Source: an uncultured Gemmatimonadaceae bacterium
GTDB taxonomy: Bacteria; Gemmatimonadota; Gemmatimonadetes; Gemmatimonadales; Gemmatimonadaceae
Direction: 5' to 3'
NCBI GenBank assembly: GCA_963781585.1
Contig: CAWAGQ010000004.1
Location: 800,001-864,000 of the forward strand
Length of the DNA stretch: 64,000 nucleotides
The notes beneath the pieces are model-generated. The model was not told where the DNA came from and searched no databases. It saw only the letters and a program-made list of their open reading frames with translations. The position numbers and the translations under genes are program-made. Positions 1-9,021 of the stretch are shown here, in pieces (the first letter of the stretch is position 1; each line of letters opens with the position of its first letter).

Positions 1-263
1 TCGCTCGCATCGCGATGGCCGGCCAGCACTTCCTCGGCGACGCCCACGTGACGTTCGCGGAGCCCTTCCACGCCGCGCAACGCCGCGATGAGCTGGCCGT
101 CGGCGGCCTGGTTGGCGAGGGCCAGCAACGCATTGGTGGTTCCCGACAGCGCCGACACCACGACAATCGGCTGCCGGTCGAGGCGGCCGTGCACGATGTC
201 GGCGGCCCGGCAGATCGCCTGCGCATCGCCCACCGACGTTCCGCCGAACTTGACGACGATCAT
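1..263 (-). CDS. lysC: Aspartate kinase, N-terminal part (runs off window)
   Basis: Read manually on the minus strand: MIVVKFGGTSVGD...PIVVVSALSGTTNALL, the amino-acid kinase signature. The ATG overlaps the asd stop (ATGA). Confidence 0.92.
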   Translation of the reverse strand, partial: MIVVKFGGTSVGDAQAICRAADIVHGRLDRQPIVVVSALSGTTNALLALANQAADGQLIAALRGVEGLRERHVGVAEEVLAGHRDAS

Positions 264-1342
264 GCCGTGCCGGCGCCACCCCGCGCCACGAGCAGCTCCG
301 CGTTGAGCACGGACCCGCCCGCCGCGCCCCGGATCGTGTTGTGGCCTAACGCGACCAGCTTTACGTCCATCACCGGGTCGGGGCGGATGCGACCGACGGT
401 CACGGTCATTCCCCCTCCGGCGTTCACGTCACGACGCGTCTGCGGTCGATCCGGTTCGGAGGTCACCACCAGCGGGCGCTCCGGCGCGCTGGGCAGGCCC
501 ATCGCGTCCGCGTGCCCGCGCCACGTGCGCAGCGCCCGCTCCACGTCGCCCGCCGACGCCTTGCGGTCGAGGGCCACCGACAGACACACCAGGTGACCGT
601 GTTCGGTGGGAACACGGTTGGCGTGCGCGCTGACCGCGATCTTCCCGAGGTGCAGTTCCGCCCCCGAAATCGTGCCGAAGATCTTCCCGATCTCCCGCTG
701 AATCTTCGGTTCTTCGTCACCGATGAACGGAATCACGTTGGCCAGGATGTCGAGCGACGCCACGCCGGGATATCCCGCCCCCGAAATCGATTGCATCGTG
801 AAGACCACCGCCTGCCGCACGCCGAAGGCCTCCTCCAGCGGCGCCAGGGCCATCGCCGCCACCGTGGTCGCACAATTCGGATTGGTCACGATCCCGCCGG
901 TCCACCCGCGACCGCGCCGCTGCTCGTCGAGCAGCGTCCGGTGCGGCGCGTTGATCTCGGGTATGATCAACGGCACGTCGGCGTCCATCCGGTGATTCCT
1001 GGCGTTGCTCAGCACCAGCACGCCGGCACGCGCGAACGCCTGCTCCACTTCCCCGGCCACCGTGGCGTCGAGCGCCGAGAAGACGATGCGCGATCGAATG
1101 GCCGAGGGCTCGCACGGCACAACGACCTTTCCGGCGGTGTCCTCGGGCATCGTCCCTTCGAGCCAGTGGCACGCCTCGCGGTAGCGCTGCCCCACCGAAC
1201 GCTCGGACGCACCCAGCTCCGCAATCGTGAACCACGGGTGGCCGGTCAGCCGCCGGATGAATGTCTGTCCCACAGCCCCGGTCGCGCCAAGGATCGCGAC
1301 CGGAATCGGGCGCGGGGGCGCGCCGGCTGCAGCCGCGCTCAT
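260..1342 (-). CDS. asd: Aspartate-semialdehyde dehydrogenase
   Basis: GATGAVG NAD-binding motif, NPNC catalytic Cys, SGAG and HNTIRGAAG motifs. Confidence 0.96.
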   Translation of the reverse strand: MSAAAAGAPPRPIPVAILGATGAVGQTFIRRLTGHPWFTIAELGASERSVGQRYREACHWLEGTMPEDTAGKVVVPCEPSAIRSRIVFSALDATVAGEVEQAFARAGVLVLSNARNHRMDADVPLIIPEINAPHRTLLDEQRRGRGWTGGIVTNPNCATTVAAMALAPLEEAFGVRQAVVFTMQSISGAGYPGVASLDILANVIPFIGDEEPKIQREIGKIFGTISGAELHLGKIAVSAHANRVPTEHGHLVCLSVALDRKASAGDVERALRTWRGHADAMGLPSAPERPLVVTSEPDRPQTRRDVNAGGGMTVTVGRIRPDPVMDVKLVALGHNTIRGAAGGSVLNAELLVARGGAGTA

Positions 1343-2334
1343 GCGCTCAGCACCGCGCGCACCATTCTCTCGTACGCGTCCACCGCGGCGCGCAATTCAT
1401 CCACCGCCACGAATTCATCCGGCGTATGCGCGACGTGGATCGACCCGGGGCCGAACAGCAGCGGCGTTCCCCAGCGATCGAGCAGGGGGATGTCCGATGT
1501 GAACGCGACGGGCGCCGTCTCGAATCCTGGAATGGTGTGGAAGTACTGCAGCGGGATGTGCGACCCATAGGTGATTTCGGCGCGGCCCGCGACCCACGAT
1601 TCCACCATCCGCTTCACCACGTCCACGTCTCCCACCAGCCGGAACATCAACTCCACCTCGCACGATCCCGGAATGATGTTGGCTTCGGTGCCACCACGGA
1701 TGACCCCGATGTTCACCGTGCTCTGCCCCAGTCGCGGATCGGAGGGGAGTTCCAGGGTCTTGAGCGACGGTAGCAACTCGAGCATCGGCTCGATGGCCGA
1801 CTTGCCCAGTTGCGGATAGGCCGAGTGCGCCTCGACGCCCCGCGTGCGCAGCGTGACGCGGAGGGATCCCTTCGCGCCAACCGCCAGTTTGCTCTCGGTG
1901 GGTTCGCCGTTGATGAGAAAGCGACTCGTACACGGCAGGCGATTGGCCGCGCGGGCGCCGTCAGACGCCTTCTCCTCTCCGACCACGAAGAGCAGATCGA
2001 CGCGATTCTCACCCGAGTCGGCCAGGCGGTCTCCTGCCACCAGCATTGCCGCGGCGATTCCCTTGGCATCGCACGCGCCCCGACCATAGAGACGGTCACC
2101 AGCGAGTCGCGCCGGCACGTACGGCGGGACGGTGTCGAGGTGGGTGGACAGCGTCACGCCGCCACCCTCACGCGAGGCCCAGACGTTCCCCCGTCCTGGC
2201 GTGACTTCCTGCACCGTGACGTTCCAGCCTCTGCCGACCAGCCATCGGGATACGAAATCGACGATCCGGCTCTCCGACCCGGACGGCGACTCGATGGCAA
2301 GCAGCTCGGCAGCAAGCGCGACAACATCGACCAT
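1339..2334 (-). CDS. M20 family metallopeptidase/deacylase (ArgE/DapE-like)
   Basis: THLDTVP, GRGACDAKG, VGEE, GEPT and AHS motifs. Start re-assigned to MVDVVALAAELL (ATG 2334). Coupled to asd. Confidence 0.88.
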   Translation of the reverse strand: MVDVVALAAELLAIESPSGSESRIVDFVSRWLVGRGWNVTVQEVTPGRGNVWASREGGGVTLSTHLDTVPPYVPARLAGDRLYGRGACDAKGIAAAMLVAGDRLADSGENRVDLLFVVGEEKASDGARAANRLPCTSRFLINGEPTESKLAVGAKGSLRVTLRTRGVEAHSAYPQLGKSAIEPMLELLPSLKTLELPSDPRLGQSTVNIGVIRGGTEANIIPGSCEVELMFRLVGDVDVVKRMVESWVAGRAEITYGSHIPLQYFHTIPGFETAPVAFTSDIPLLDRWGTPLLFGPGSIHVAHTPDEFVAVDELRAAVDAYERMVRAVLSA

Positions 2335-2499
2335 GGCGTCAATTGTAGCGGCGCTCCCACAACGTTGACAGGTGAATGCGCGCGGCGTGCTGTCCGCGTG
2401 ACGGCTTTCGAGTAACTTCTCTGTCGGCTGAAGGGTCGCTCCCCCGTTCACGCCGCACCCGAGCTCCGCCGCAACCCTGACGATCTCCGTTTTCGTGCA

Positions 2500-4836
2500 A
2501 TGCCGCTCGCCGACACCGCGCAGCTGACGGCTGTGATCATCGGAACGGACACGCTGCTCGCGGCGCGTCCGGCCACCGCGATCCAGCTCGCGCGGGCCTG
2601 CATGCGTGCGGGATACGATTTCGTGGCGCCGGTGAGCTGGGGCGAAGAGCTGCTGGCCACTCAGGTGATCGACCAGGTGCGCCGCACCGCGGTCCCCGCG
2701 TCGGTGATCGTGAACTGCCCGTTCGTCGCCGAAGCGCTGCGCGGCGAGACTGCCGCGCTTCCGACGTGCTGGCGAAGCGTGTCGCCTCCGGTGGCGACGG
2801 CGCGCTATCTGCGTTCGGCCTTCCATCCGCACCGCCTTCACATCACGTATGCAGGACGTTGCCCGGGTGCCACGGCGCCCGACATCGATGCCTGCGTGCT
2901 GCCGGACGTGTTCCTCGGGCACCTGCTGGAAGCGGGCTTTGCCCCCGAAGACCAGCCACGGTACTTCGAGGAAATGGTGCCTCCTGATCGGGCACGGTAT
3001 TCGTCGCTGCCCGGCGGCGTACCGGAACCCGCGGCCCTGCGTCTGCACGGCGGCGCCCGGCTGCGCGAGGCCGCGCCGGCCACCGTTGGCACGGTGGCCC
3101 TCTCGTTCGAGTCGCCGGAACCGGTGGTGATCGATCTCGAGTCCGCGTGCGGCTGCATCTGCGCGCGCGATCGCTTCGCCGCGGCCCAGATGGAGCCGCC
3201 GCGCGCCTCGGCGCCCGTGGTGTCAGCCGAAGTGATCGTGGATCTCGCTCCGCACCGTGAGGAGCGGGTGGCCGCCGCGCCATTCCTGACGCGCCGCGCT
3301 GAGGTGCCGGAAGAAGGCGCTGAGGTGCGGACCGGGTCGTCGGCACCGGACCTGGAAGCGGATCTGCCGCCGGATCGACCTGAGCCCCCACTCGAAGCGC
3401 CCATGAGTCACTGGGCCGAGCCTTCGATAACGCGGATGGAATATCAAACGGAATCCTCCGAAGTGCCTGTGGAATCCGGCGAGGACCCGCCCACGAGGCA
3501 GCGGGAGCACGAGGCGGACGGTTCGGACACTGAAGACATCGAGACGGAGACGGCCGTCTCCGAGACGGTCGACTGGTTCCTCGAGTCCCGTGCTGCGGTC
3601 ACGGAGGCGCCCGGTCGCGCGCGCGAAACACCGCCCCACGAGGAAACGCCGTCGGAGTTTCCGTCCGTTCCCACGTTCCCGGACTTCGCGGAGTTCGATG
3701 CCGCCTGGAGCCGGTTGACGGCGGCGATGGCGGACGCCGGCCTTGCGGCGCCCGTTGCGACTGCGAGGAACCGTGGACTTCGGACGGAGCGCACGGATGT
3801 GGAGCGAGTGCTCGCGGTGTCCTCGGAGTCACAGCCGGCGCGGAGCGAGGCCACGGGTGCGTGGAAGACCCCGGTCGATCCCGCTCTCACCGTATCGATC
3901 GAGCCATGGATCGCGCCTCGCCGGGCGCGCCCGGTCGTCACGCCTATCGGTGCGTTGAGCGCAGTCCATGTTGCGCCGCCGCCGGCTCCGACCTTTGCTG
4001 ACTCCGAGGTACCGCGCGTCCCGCAGCGCGCCGACGTGGGTGAAGAGCCTCACTCCCCAGACGAATCCGGCGTCGGGGAGGGCGAAGAAGAGTGGTTGGA
4101 AGCAATGTCCGCCGCAGGCGATTCCGCCGCGGTCGATGAATCCGCGCAAGCATCTGTCGACGCCCCGCAGGTGGTGGAGCGTCCGCGGATCGTCTCACGT
4201 GCGGAGGCAATGCCCGCGGCTCCGTCCATAGTCCCAGACGTCGTTGCCGCTCCCGACGTAGAAGGCGAGCCGGGTGAAGTCGCGTCGACGGTTGTGGGCA
4301 GTGAGGCGCCGGAGCCGAGGGTGCTGGTCAAGTGGACTCCGGAACACGGCATCGCGGCGAATCTCGAGCGGATGGCTGACGAGACAACGGAGCCAGGGCT
4401 CGAAGCAGCTTCGGGGCGCGCGACTGAAGTCACGTCGCCCGAGACGCTCACGCCGCAGTACGCCGCGGCCTCGACCGCGTCCGCCGACGTGTTGCCGCGC
4501 GCCGCCCCCTTCGCCCGCGGACCGAGACGGACTCCCGTCTACGCACCTCTCCGTGCCGCACTGGGCGCCATGGAGCGCGAGGAGAAGCGCGCGCGCCGGG
4601 TCACCTACTTTCGACGAGCCGTCATGATCGTCGGGATCACCGTGCTGGTCGTGGTTGCTTCTGTCTTCGCCGCATCGCTCCTGTCCTCGCACCGCCGCGA
4701 CGCATCGAACTCCGCGCAGGTCGAACCACCGCGACTGGCCCCGGCCCGGGTCGCCCCCGTCTCGGTGGATACCACGGCTCGTCCGGACACGGGCTCGGCG
4801 GCCGGCGCGATGCCGCGCGACACCACTGGGTCCTAG
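2500..4836 (+). CDS. Hypothetical membrane-anchored protein: N-terminal [FeFe]-hydrogenase/Nar1-like Cys domain, long acidic Pro/Glu linker, C-terminal TM helix
   Basis: Cys motifs IVNCPFV, VSPPVATARYLR, YAGRCP, RYSSLPGG and ESACGCIC. Low-complexity middle region. Hydrophobic AVMIVGITVLVVVASVFAASLL follows a basic stretch. Confidence 0.7.
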   Translation: MPLADTAQLTAVIIGTDTLLAARPATAIQLARACMRAGYDFVAPVSWGEELLATQVIDQVRRTAVPASVIVNCPFVAEALRGETAALPTCWRSVSPPVATARYLRSAFHPHRLHITYAGRCPGATAPDIDACVLPDVFLGHLLEAGFAPEDQPRYFEEMVPPDRARYSSLPGGVPEPAALRLHGGARLREAAPATVGTVALSFESPEPVVIDLESACGCICARDRFAAAQMEPPRASAPVVSAEVIVDLAPHREERVAAAPFLTRRAEVPEEGAEVRTGSSAPDLEADLPPDRPEPPLEAPMSHWAEPSITRMEYQTESSEVPVESGEDPPTRQREHEADGSDTEDIETETAVSETVDWFLESRAAVTEAPGRARETPPHEETPSEFPSVPTFPDFAEFDAAWSRLTAAMADAGLAAPVATARNRGLRTERTDVERVLAVSSESQPARSEATGAWKTPVDPALTVSIEPWIAPRRARPVVTPIGALSAVHVAPPPAPTFADSEVPRVPQRADVGEEPHSPDESGVGEGEEEWLEAMSAAGDSAAVDESAQASVDAPQVVERPRIVSRAEAMPAAPSIVPDVVAAPDVEGEPGEVASTVVGSEAPEPRVLVKWTPEHGIAANLERMADETTEPGLEAASGRATEVTSPETLTPQYAAASTASADVLPRAAPFARGPRRTPVYAPLRAALGAMEREEKRARRVTYFRRAVMIVGITVLVVVASVFAASLLSSHRRDASNSAQVEPPRLAPARVAPVSVDTTARPDTGSAAGAMPRDTTGS

Positions 4837-4917
4837 AATCTGCTCGAAGTGATCGTGCCAACCTGTTCTGCGCGACTCGGTCGCGCCCTCCCCCATCATT
4901 CGACCTGGAGACGCCGT

Positions 4918-6534
4918 ATGCGAAGCTCAGCCATCGCCTGGCGGTCTGTGTTCGCGGCGATGCTCGTCACCGCCGCGCCGGCCGTCGCGCAGCGAACCGC
5001 TGCCCCCGCCGCCGATCCGCGACTGGAGCGGCTGAAGGCCGAGGCGTTGACCAGGGTCGAAGGGCGCGCCACGCTGGTCCAGCAGATCGTCGATCAGATC
5101 TTCTCGTTCGGCGAGCTCGGGATGCAGGAGTTCGAGACGTCGAAGTACCTGATGGGGTTGCTGCGGCAGAACGGTTTCACGGTGGACAGCGGTTTCGCGG
5201 GGATCCCGACCGCGTGGGTGGCCACCTGGGGCTCCGGGAAGCCGGTCATCGCGTTAGGCTCGGACATCGACGACATCCCGCAGGCGAACCAGAAGCCGGG
5301 GGTGGCCTGGCATGACCCGATCATTTCGGGGGCACCGGGACACGGCGAGGGGCACAACTCGGGTCAGGCGGTGAACATCGCGGCCGCCCTCGTCGTGAAG
5401 GAGATCATGGAGCGGGACCACATCCCGGGCACGCTCAAGATCTGGCCCGGGGTGGCTGAGGAGCAGGTGGCGTCGAAGGCGTATTTCGTGCGCGCGGGCC
5501 TGTTCAAGGACGTGGATGTCTGTCTCTTCACCCACGTCGGCAACAACCTCGGCGTCTCCTGGGGGCAGTCGGGGTCGAACGCGCTGCTGTCGGTACTGTT
5601 CAAGTTCCGCGGGCAGACGGCGCACGCGGCGGGGGCGCCGTGGCGCGGCAAGTCGGCGCTCGACGCGGTGATGCTGATGGCGCAGGCGTGGGAGTTCCAC
5701 CGGGAGCACATGGAGATCCCGCAGCGATCGCACTACGTGATTCCCGACGGCGGTGATCAGCCTAACGTGGTGCCGGCCACGGCGTCCGTCTGGTTCTACT
5801 TCCGCGAGCGCGACTACGAGCACACGATGGCGATGTTCGAGGCCGCGAAGAACATGGCCAGGGGGGCCGAGCTGATGACCGGCGCCACGCTCGACAGCAC
5901 CATCATCCTCGGCTCGGCGTGGTCGGGGCACTTCAACAAGACCATCGCCGAGGTGACTTACCGGAACATCCAGCGGGTGGGGCTGCCCAGGTGGGACGAT
6001 GCCGACATCACGCTGGCCAGGGGGATCCAGCACGAGCTGGGGCAGCGCGAGGAGGGACTGGCTACGCACATCGACTCGATCGGCGGGCCGGTGGACATGG
6101 CGCGCTTCACCGGCGGCGGGTCGGACGACATCGGCGACGTGTCGTGGAACGTGCCGACCGTGACGCTGCGCTTTCCGTCGAACATCCCGGGGCTGCCGGG
6201 GCACAACTGGGCGAACGGGATCTCGATGGCGACGCCGCTGGCGCACAAGGGGGCGCTGGCGGGGGCGAAGGTACAGGCGCTGACGCTGCTCGACCTGTTG
6301 CTCACGCCCAGGGACATCGCCGACGCCTGGGACTACTTCAACACCGTGCAGACCAGGGAGCACAAGTACACGCCGTTCATCGGGCCTGACGACAAGCCGG
6401 CCATCTGGCTCAACGCGGACATCATGGCGAAGTACCGGCCCGAGATGCGGAAGTACTATTACGATCCCACGAAGTACAAGTCGTATCTGGAGCAGCTGGG
6501 GATCAAGTATCCGACGGTGAAGGTGATCCAGTAG
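4918..6534 (+). CDS. Secreted M20 amidohydrolase (AbgB-like)
   Basis: Signal peptide ending APAVA-Q; GHGEGHN, AEE, AHAAGAPW and GGGSDD motifs. Confidence 0.88.
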   Translation: MRSSAIAWRSVFAAMLVTAAPAVAQRTAAPAADPRLERLKAEALTRVEGRATLVQQIVDQIFSFGELGMQEFETSKYLMGLLRQNGFTVDSGFAGIPTAWVATWGSGKPVIALGSDIDDIPQANQKPGVAWHDPIISGAPGHGEGHNSGQAVNIAAALVVKEIMERDHIPGTLKIWPGVAEEQVASKAYFVRAGLFKDVDVCLFTHVGNNLGVSWGQSGSNALLSVLFKFRGQTAHAAGAPWRGKSALDAVMLMAQAWEFHREHMEIPQRSHYVIPDGGDQPNVVPATASVWFYFRERDYEHTMAMFEAAKNMARGAELMTGATLDSTIILGSAWSGHFNKTIAEVTYRNIQRVGLPRWDDADITLARGIQHELGQREEGLATHIDSIGGPVDMARFTGGGSDDIGDVSWNVPTVTLRFPSNIPGLPGHNWANGISMATPLAHKGALAGAKVQALTLLDLLLTPRDIADAWDYFNTVQTREHKYTPFIGPDDKPAIWLNADIMAKYRPEMRKYYYDPTKYKSYLEQLGIKYPTVKVIQ

Positions 6535-6646
6535 CCGGGGTGTCGCGACCGAATCCATTCGGTTCAGGAGAGGGGCTCGAACCGGGGCGAGGTGCGTGCA
6601 CCTTTCAGGCATCGATCTTCTGCCTTTGGCTCTGTCGGATTCTCGA

Positions 6647-6997
6647 CTATCCTCTGCAGGCGTTGCCGCGCGCGGACCAGCTTACGATGCGGCTGCTCTG
6701 AGCTGCGACCATGGTCACCTGGCACCAGTACGTAACAGAGCCGGCAGTGACCATGTTCCATACGGCGTTGTAGTTCGCTGTCACCACGGTGTTACCGACC
6801 CACAGCCACGTGTACATCCGCGAGCCGTTCGGCATTTCGAAAGACTGTCCCGGCGGTCCCCATGCCGTCATTAGCCGGTTAACGTCTTGATTCAGCCATG
6901 TATTCATCTTGGACCTGAAGCCGCCAGTTGTTGCGCACGCGAGAAGGGATGTCGCGATGGCAGCGAGACTGGTCAGGAAGCGGAGTGCTCTGGGCAT
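6647..6997 (-). CDS. Small lipoprotein of unknown function
   Basis: AGGAGGAG RBS before ATG 6997, lipobox LLAC, WGPP...PNGSRMYTW and two C-terminal Cys. Lies in a lower-GC stretch. Confidence 0.7.
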   Translation of the reverse strand: MPRALRFLTSLAAIATSLLACATTGGFRSKMNTWLNQDVNRLMTAWGPPGQSFEMPNGSRMYTWLWVGNTVVTANYNAVWNMVTAGSVTYWCQVTMVAAQSSRIVSWSARGNACRG

Positions 6998-7434
6998 CGC
7001 TCCTCCTACGGTCGCCGCTCTTACCTTAGGTGACGGGTGGACTTGATGTAATGCGTCTTTGGATTGCGAAAGCCACCTGGATGCCAAGTCCCGCCGAGAG
7101 CGAATTCGCATGTGTTGCTCCCCTTTGCGCAGAGCCGGTCGCTGCCTTGGCGCGCCCTTTCATCTTGACAGTGGCTCAGCGTTACCGCCGTCGACACGGA
7201 TCGGACGACGGACCTTTAGATCGCTTCAGAGGATTGTAGCGCGCATCCCTCGTGGGGCGCCGCTCGGTGATTTGTTTTTCCCTACTCGACTTCGAGGCTG
7301 GCGTCTGTGGAATGAGTCGGAGGTCCACTGGCCGCTGTCCGAGCCGAACGGGTACAGTTCGGGCACAAGTCAGATTTGCTCTGCGTGCTTGCATGACTTC
7401 CGTTGAAGGTCGCGAACCCTTGTGGCGCAACCGA

Positions 7435-7517
7435 TGCGGAGGCCGGGACTCGAACCCGGATGGCCTTGCGGCCAGGGGATTTTAAGTCCCCTGCGTCTAC
7501 CATTTCGCCACCCCCGC
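7435..7517 (-). tRNA. tRNA-Leu (TAA)
   Basis: GCGGGGGTGGCGAAATGGTAGACGC-AGGGGA CT TAA AA TCCCCT-long variable arm-GGTTCGAGTCC-GGCCTCCGCA. CCA is not encoded. Confidence 0.96.
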
Positions 7518-7607
7518 AAACACAAAACGGCGGACCGCAATCGATCGAAGCGAAGACACCACGTCGCATCGTCGATCCACCGTCCACCGTTTCCCGTCAC
7601 ACCGAAG

Positions 7608-7680
7608 AGCGGGAAACGGGACTCGAACCCGCGACCCCAACCTTGGCAAGGTTGTGCTCTACCAACTGAGCTATTCCCGC
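7608..7680 (-). tRNA. tRNA-Gly (GCC)
   Basis: GCGGGAATAGCTCAGTTGGTAGAGCACAACCTTGCCAAGGTTGGGGTCGCGGGTTCGAGTCCCGTTTCCCGCT. Confidence 0.97.
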
Positions 7681-7689
7681 GTGCGGCCT

Positions 7690-7719
7690 AGTATAGCGGC
7701 TCCCGCTCCGCGCCGACAA
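7690..7719 (-). promoter_or_regulatory. Sigma70-type promoter of the tRNA-Gly/tRNA-Leu pair
   Basis: TTGTCG-N18-TATACT ending 9 nt upstream of tRNA-Gly. Confidence 0.6.
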
Positions 7720-7812
7720 GCGGAAGGAAGCAGCTACCAGCGATCAGCGGTCAGCTCTCGGGTCGCTGGTCACCCCCCGCCGTTTCTTGTACCGCGCCCT
7801 TCCCACCTGGCC

Positions 7813-9021
7813 TCAGCCCGGCCCTTCATCCGACCGCCACTCCACCCCCGCCCCCGCCGCCGCACCCGTGATCCACCACCGCGCCTCGCGCGCGAACCGC
7901 GCCCGATACTCCTCCTCCAGCTCCCCGGCAGCCTCGCGCAGCCCCTCGCCCGTACCGACCGCGATCGCGCACCCGCCCCACCCCGCCCCGGTCAGACGCG
8001 CCCCTATCACCCCGCGCCGTTCGGCTGCCGCCTCCACGAACCAGTCGAGCTCCGGCGTCGAACACTCGTACAGATCGCGCAACGACCGGTGCGATTCGTA
8101 GAGCAACACCCCCGGCAGGTGCCCGGTTGCCAAGAGCGACACGACCGCCTGCTCCACTCGATGGTTCTCCTCGATGACGTGCTGTGCGCGCTGGAGCAAC
8201 GGTGACGGCAGCCCTGCCTCGTGCACCTGCTCCATGGTGGCGTTTGCCAGCCACCTGAGTTCCGGAAACGCTTTCCGCATCAGTTGCAGCGCGGCCTCGC
8301 ACTCCGCGCGGCGAGCCCCATACGCCGACTCCCGCAGGTCACGCGATACGCCGGTATCGAATACCAGCACGCTCTGCGCGAAGGGGAGGTGCACGGTACG
8401 TCCGGTATCGCACTCGAGGTGCAAGGCGTGCCCCGCGCGCGCCAGCGACACCGCGAACTGGTCCATCACGCCGCACGGCACGCCCACGAACTCGACCTCG
8501 GCGCGATGGGCCGCTCCGGCCAGTGCGGCCGCGTCACACGCCGCCGTTCGGTCGCCCCGCTGCACCAGCGGCGCACCGTGCGCTCCCGCTCCGGAACCGG
8601 CGCCTAACGACTCGGCTGCGAACGCGACCGCCACCTCCAGCGCGGCCGACGACGACAATCCGGCACCGGCCGGGACGTCGCTCTCCACGGCGATGTCCAC
8701 CTCGGGCACCGCCATCCCCACGTCTGCCAGCATCGCCAGCGGGCCCGCCACGTAATCAATCCAGGTTCCTGTTCTGGCCGACGCGCCCACGGAGAACCCC
8801 GGCGCGTCGGGCCACTGCGCCGAGACGGCGCGGGACTGCCGGCCGCCCGCCGGGCCCATCGCCACCCACGTCCGCGCTTCGATGGCGATGGGCAGGACGG
8901 CGCCGCCGTTGTAGTCGGTGTGCTCGCCGATCAGGTTCACCCGCCCCGGCGCCGACGCGATGACCGCGGGAGGGCGACCGAACGTCCGCGCGAACGTCGC
9001 GCGGACGCGTTCCACCGTCAC
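7813..9021 (-). CDS. galK: Galactokinase
   Basis: APGRVNLIGEHTDYNGG, PAGAGLSSSAA, CGVMDQ and GARLTGAGWGG motifs. GTG start overlaps the upstream stop. Confidence 0.93.
   Translation of the reverse strand: MTVERVRATFARTFGRPPAVIASAPGRVNLIGEHTDYNGGAVLPIAIEARTWVAMGPAGGRQSRAVSAQWPDAPGFSVGASARTGTWIDYVAGPLAMLADVGMAVPEVDIAVESDVPAGAGLSSSAALEVAVAFAAESLGAGSGAGAHGAPLVQRGDRTAACDAAALAGAAHRAEVEFVGVPCGVMDQFAVSLARAGHALHLECDTGRTVHLPFAQSVLVFDTGVSRDLRESAYGARRAECEAALQLMRKAFPELRWLANATMEQVHEAGLPSPLLQRAQHVIEENHRVEQAVVSLLATGHLPGVLLYESHRSLRDLYECSTPELDWFVEAAAERRGVIGARLTGAGWGGCAIAVGTGEGLREAAGELEEEYRARFAREARWWITGAAAGAGVEWRSDEGPG

Noticed and set aside
7030..7430. Short ORFs in the tRNA-Leu islet
   Set aside because: No RBS, motif or typical codon pattern supports any of them.
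7518..7607. tRNA-Cys expected between Gly(GCC) and Leu(TAA)
   Set aside because: No cloverleaf or GTTCRA T-loop in the spacer.
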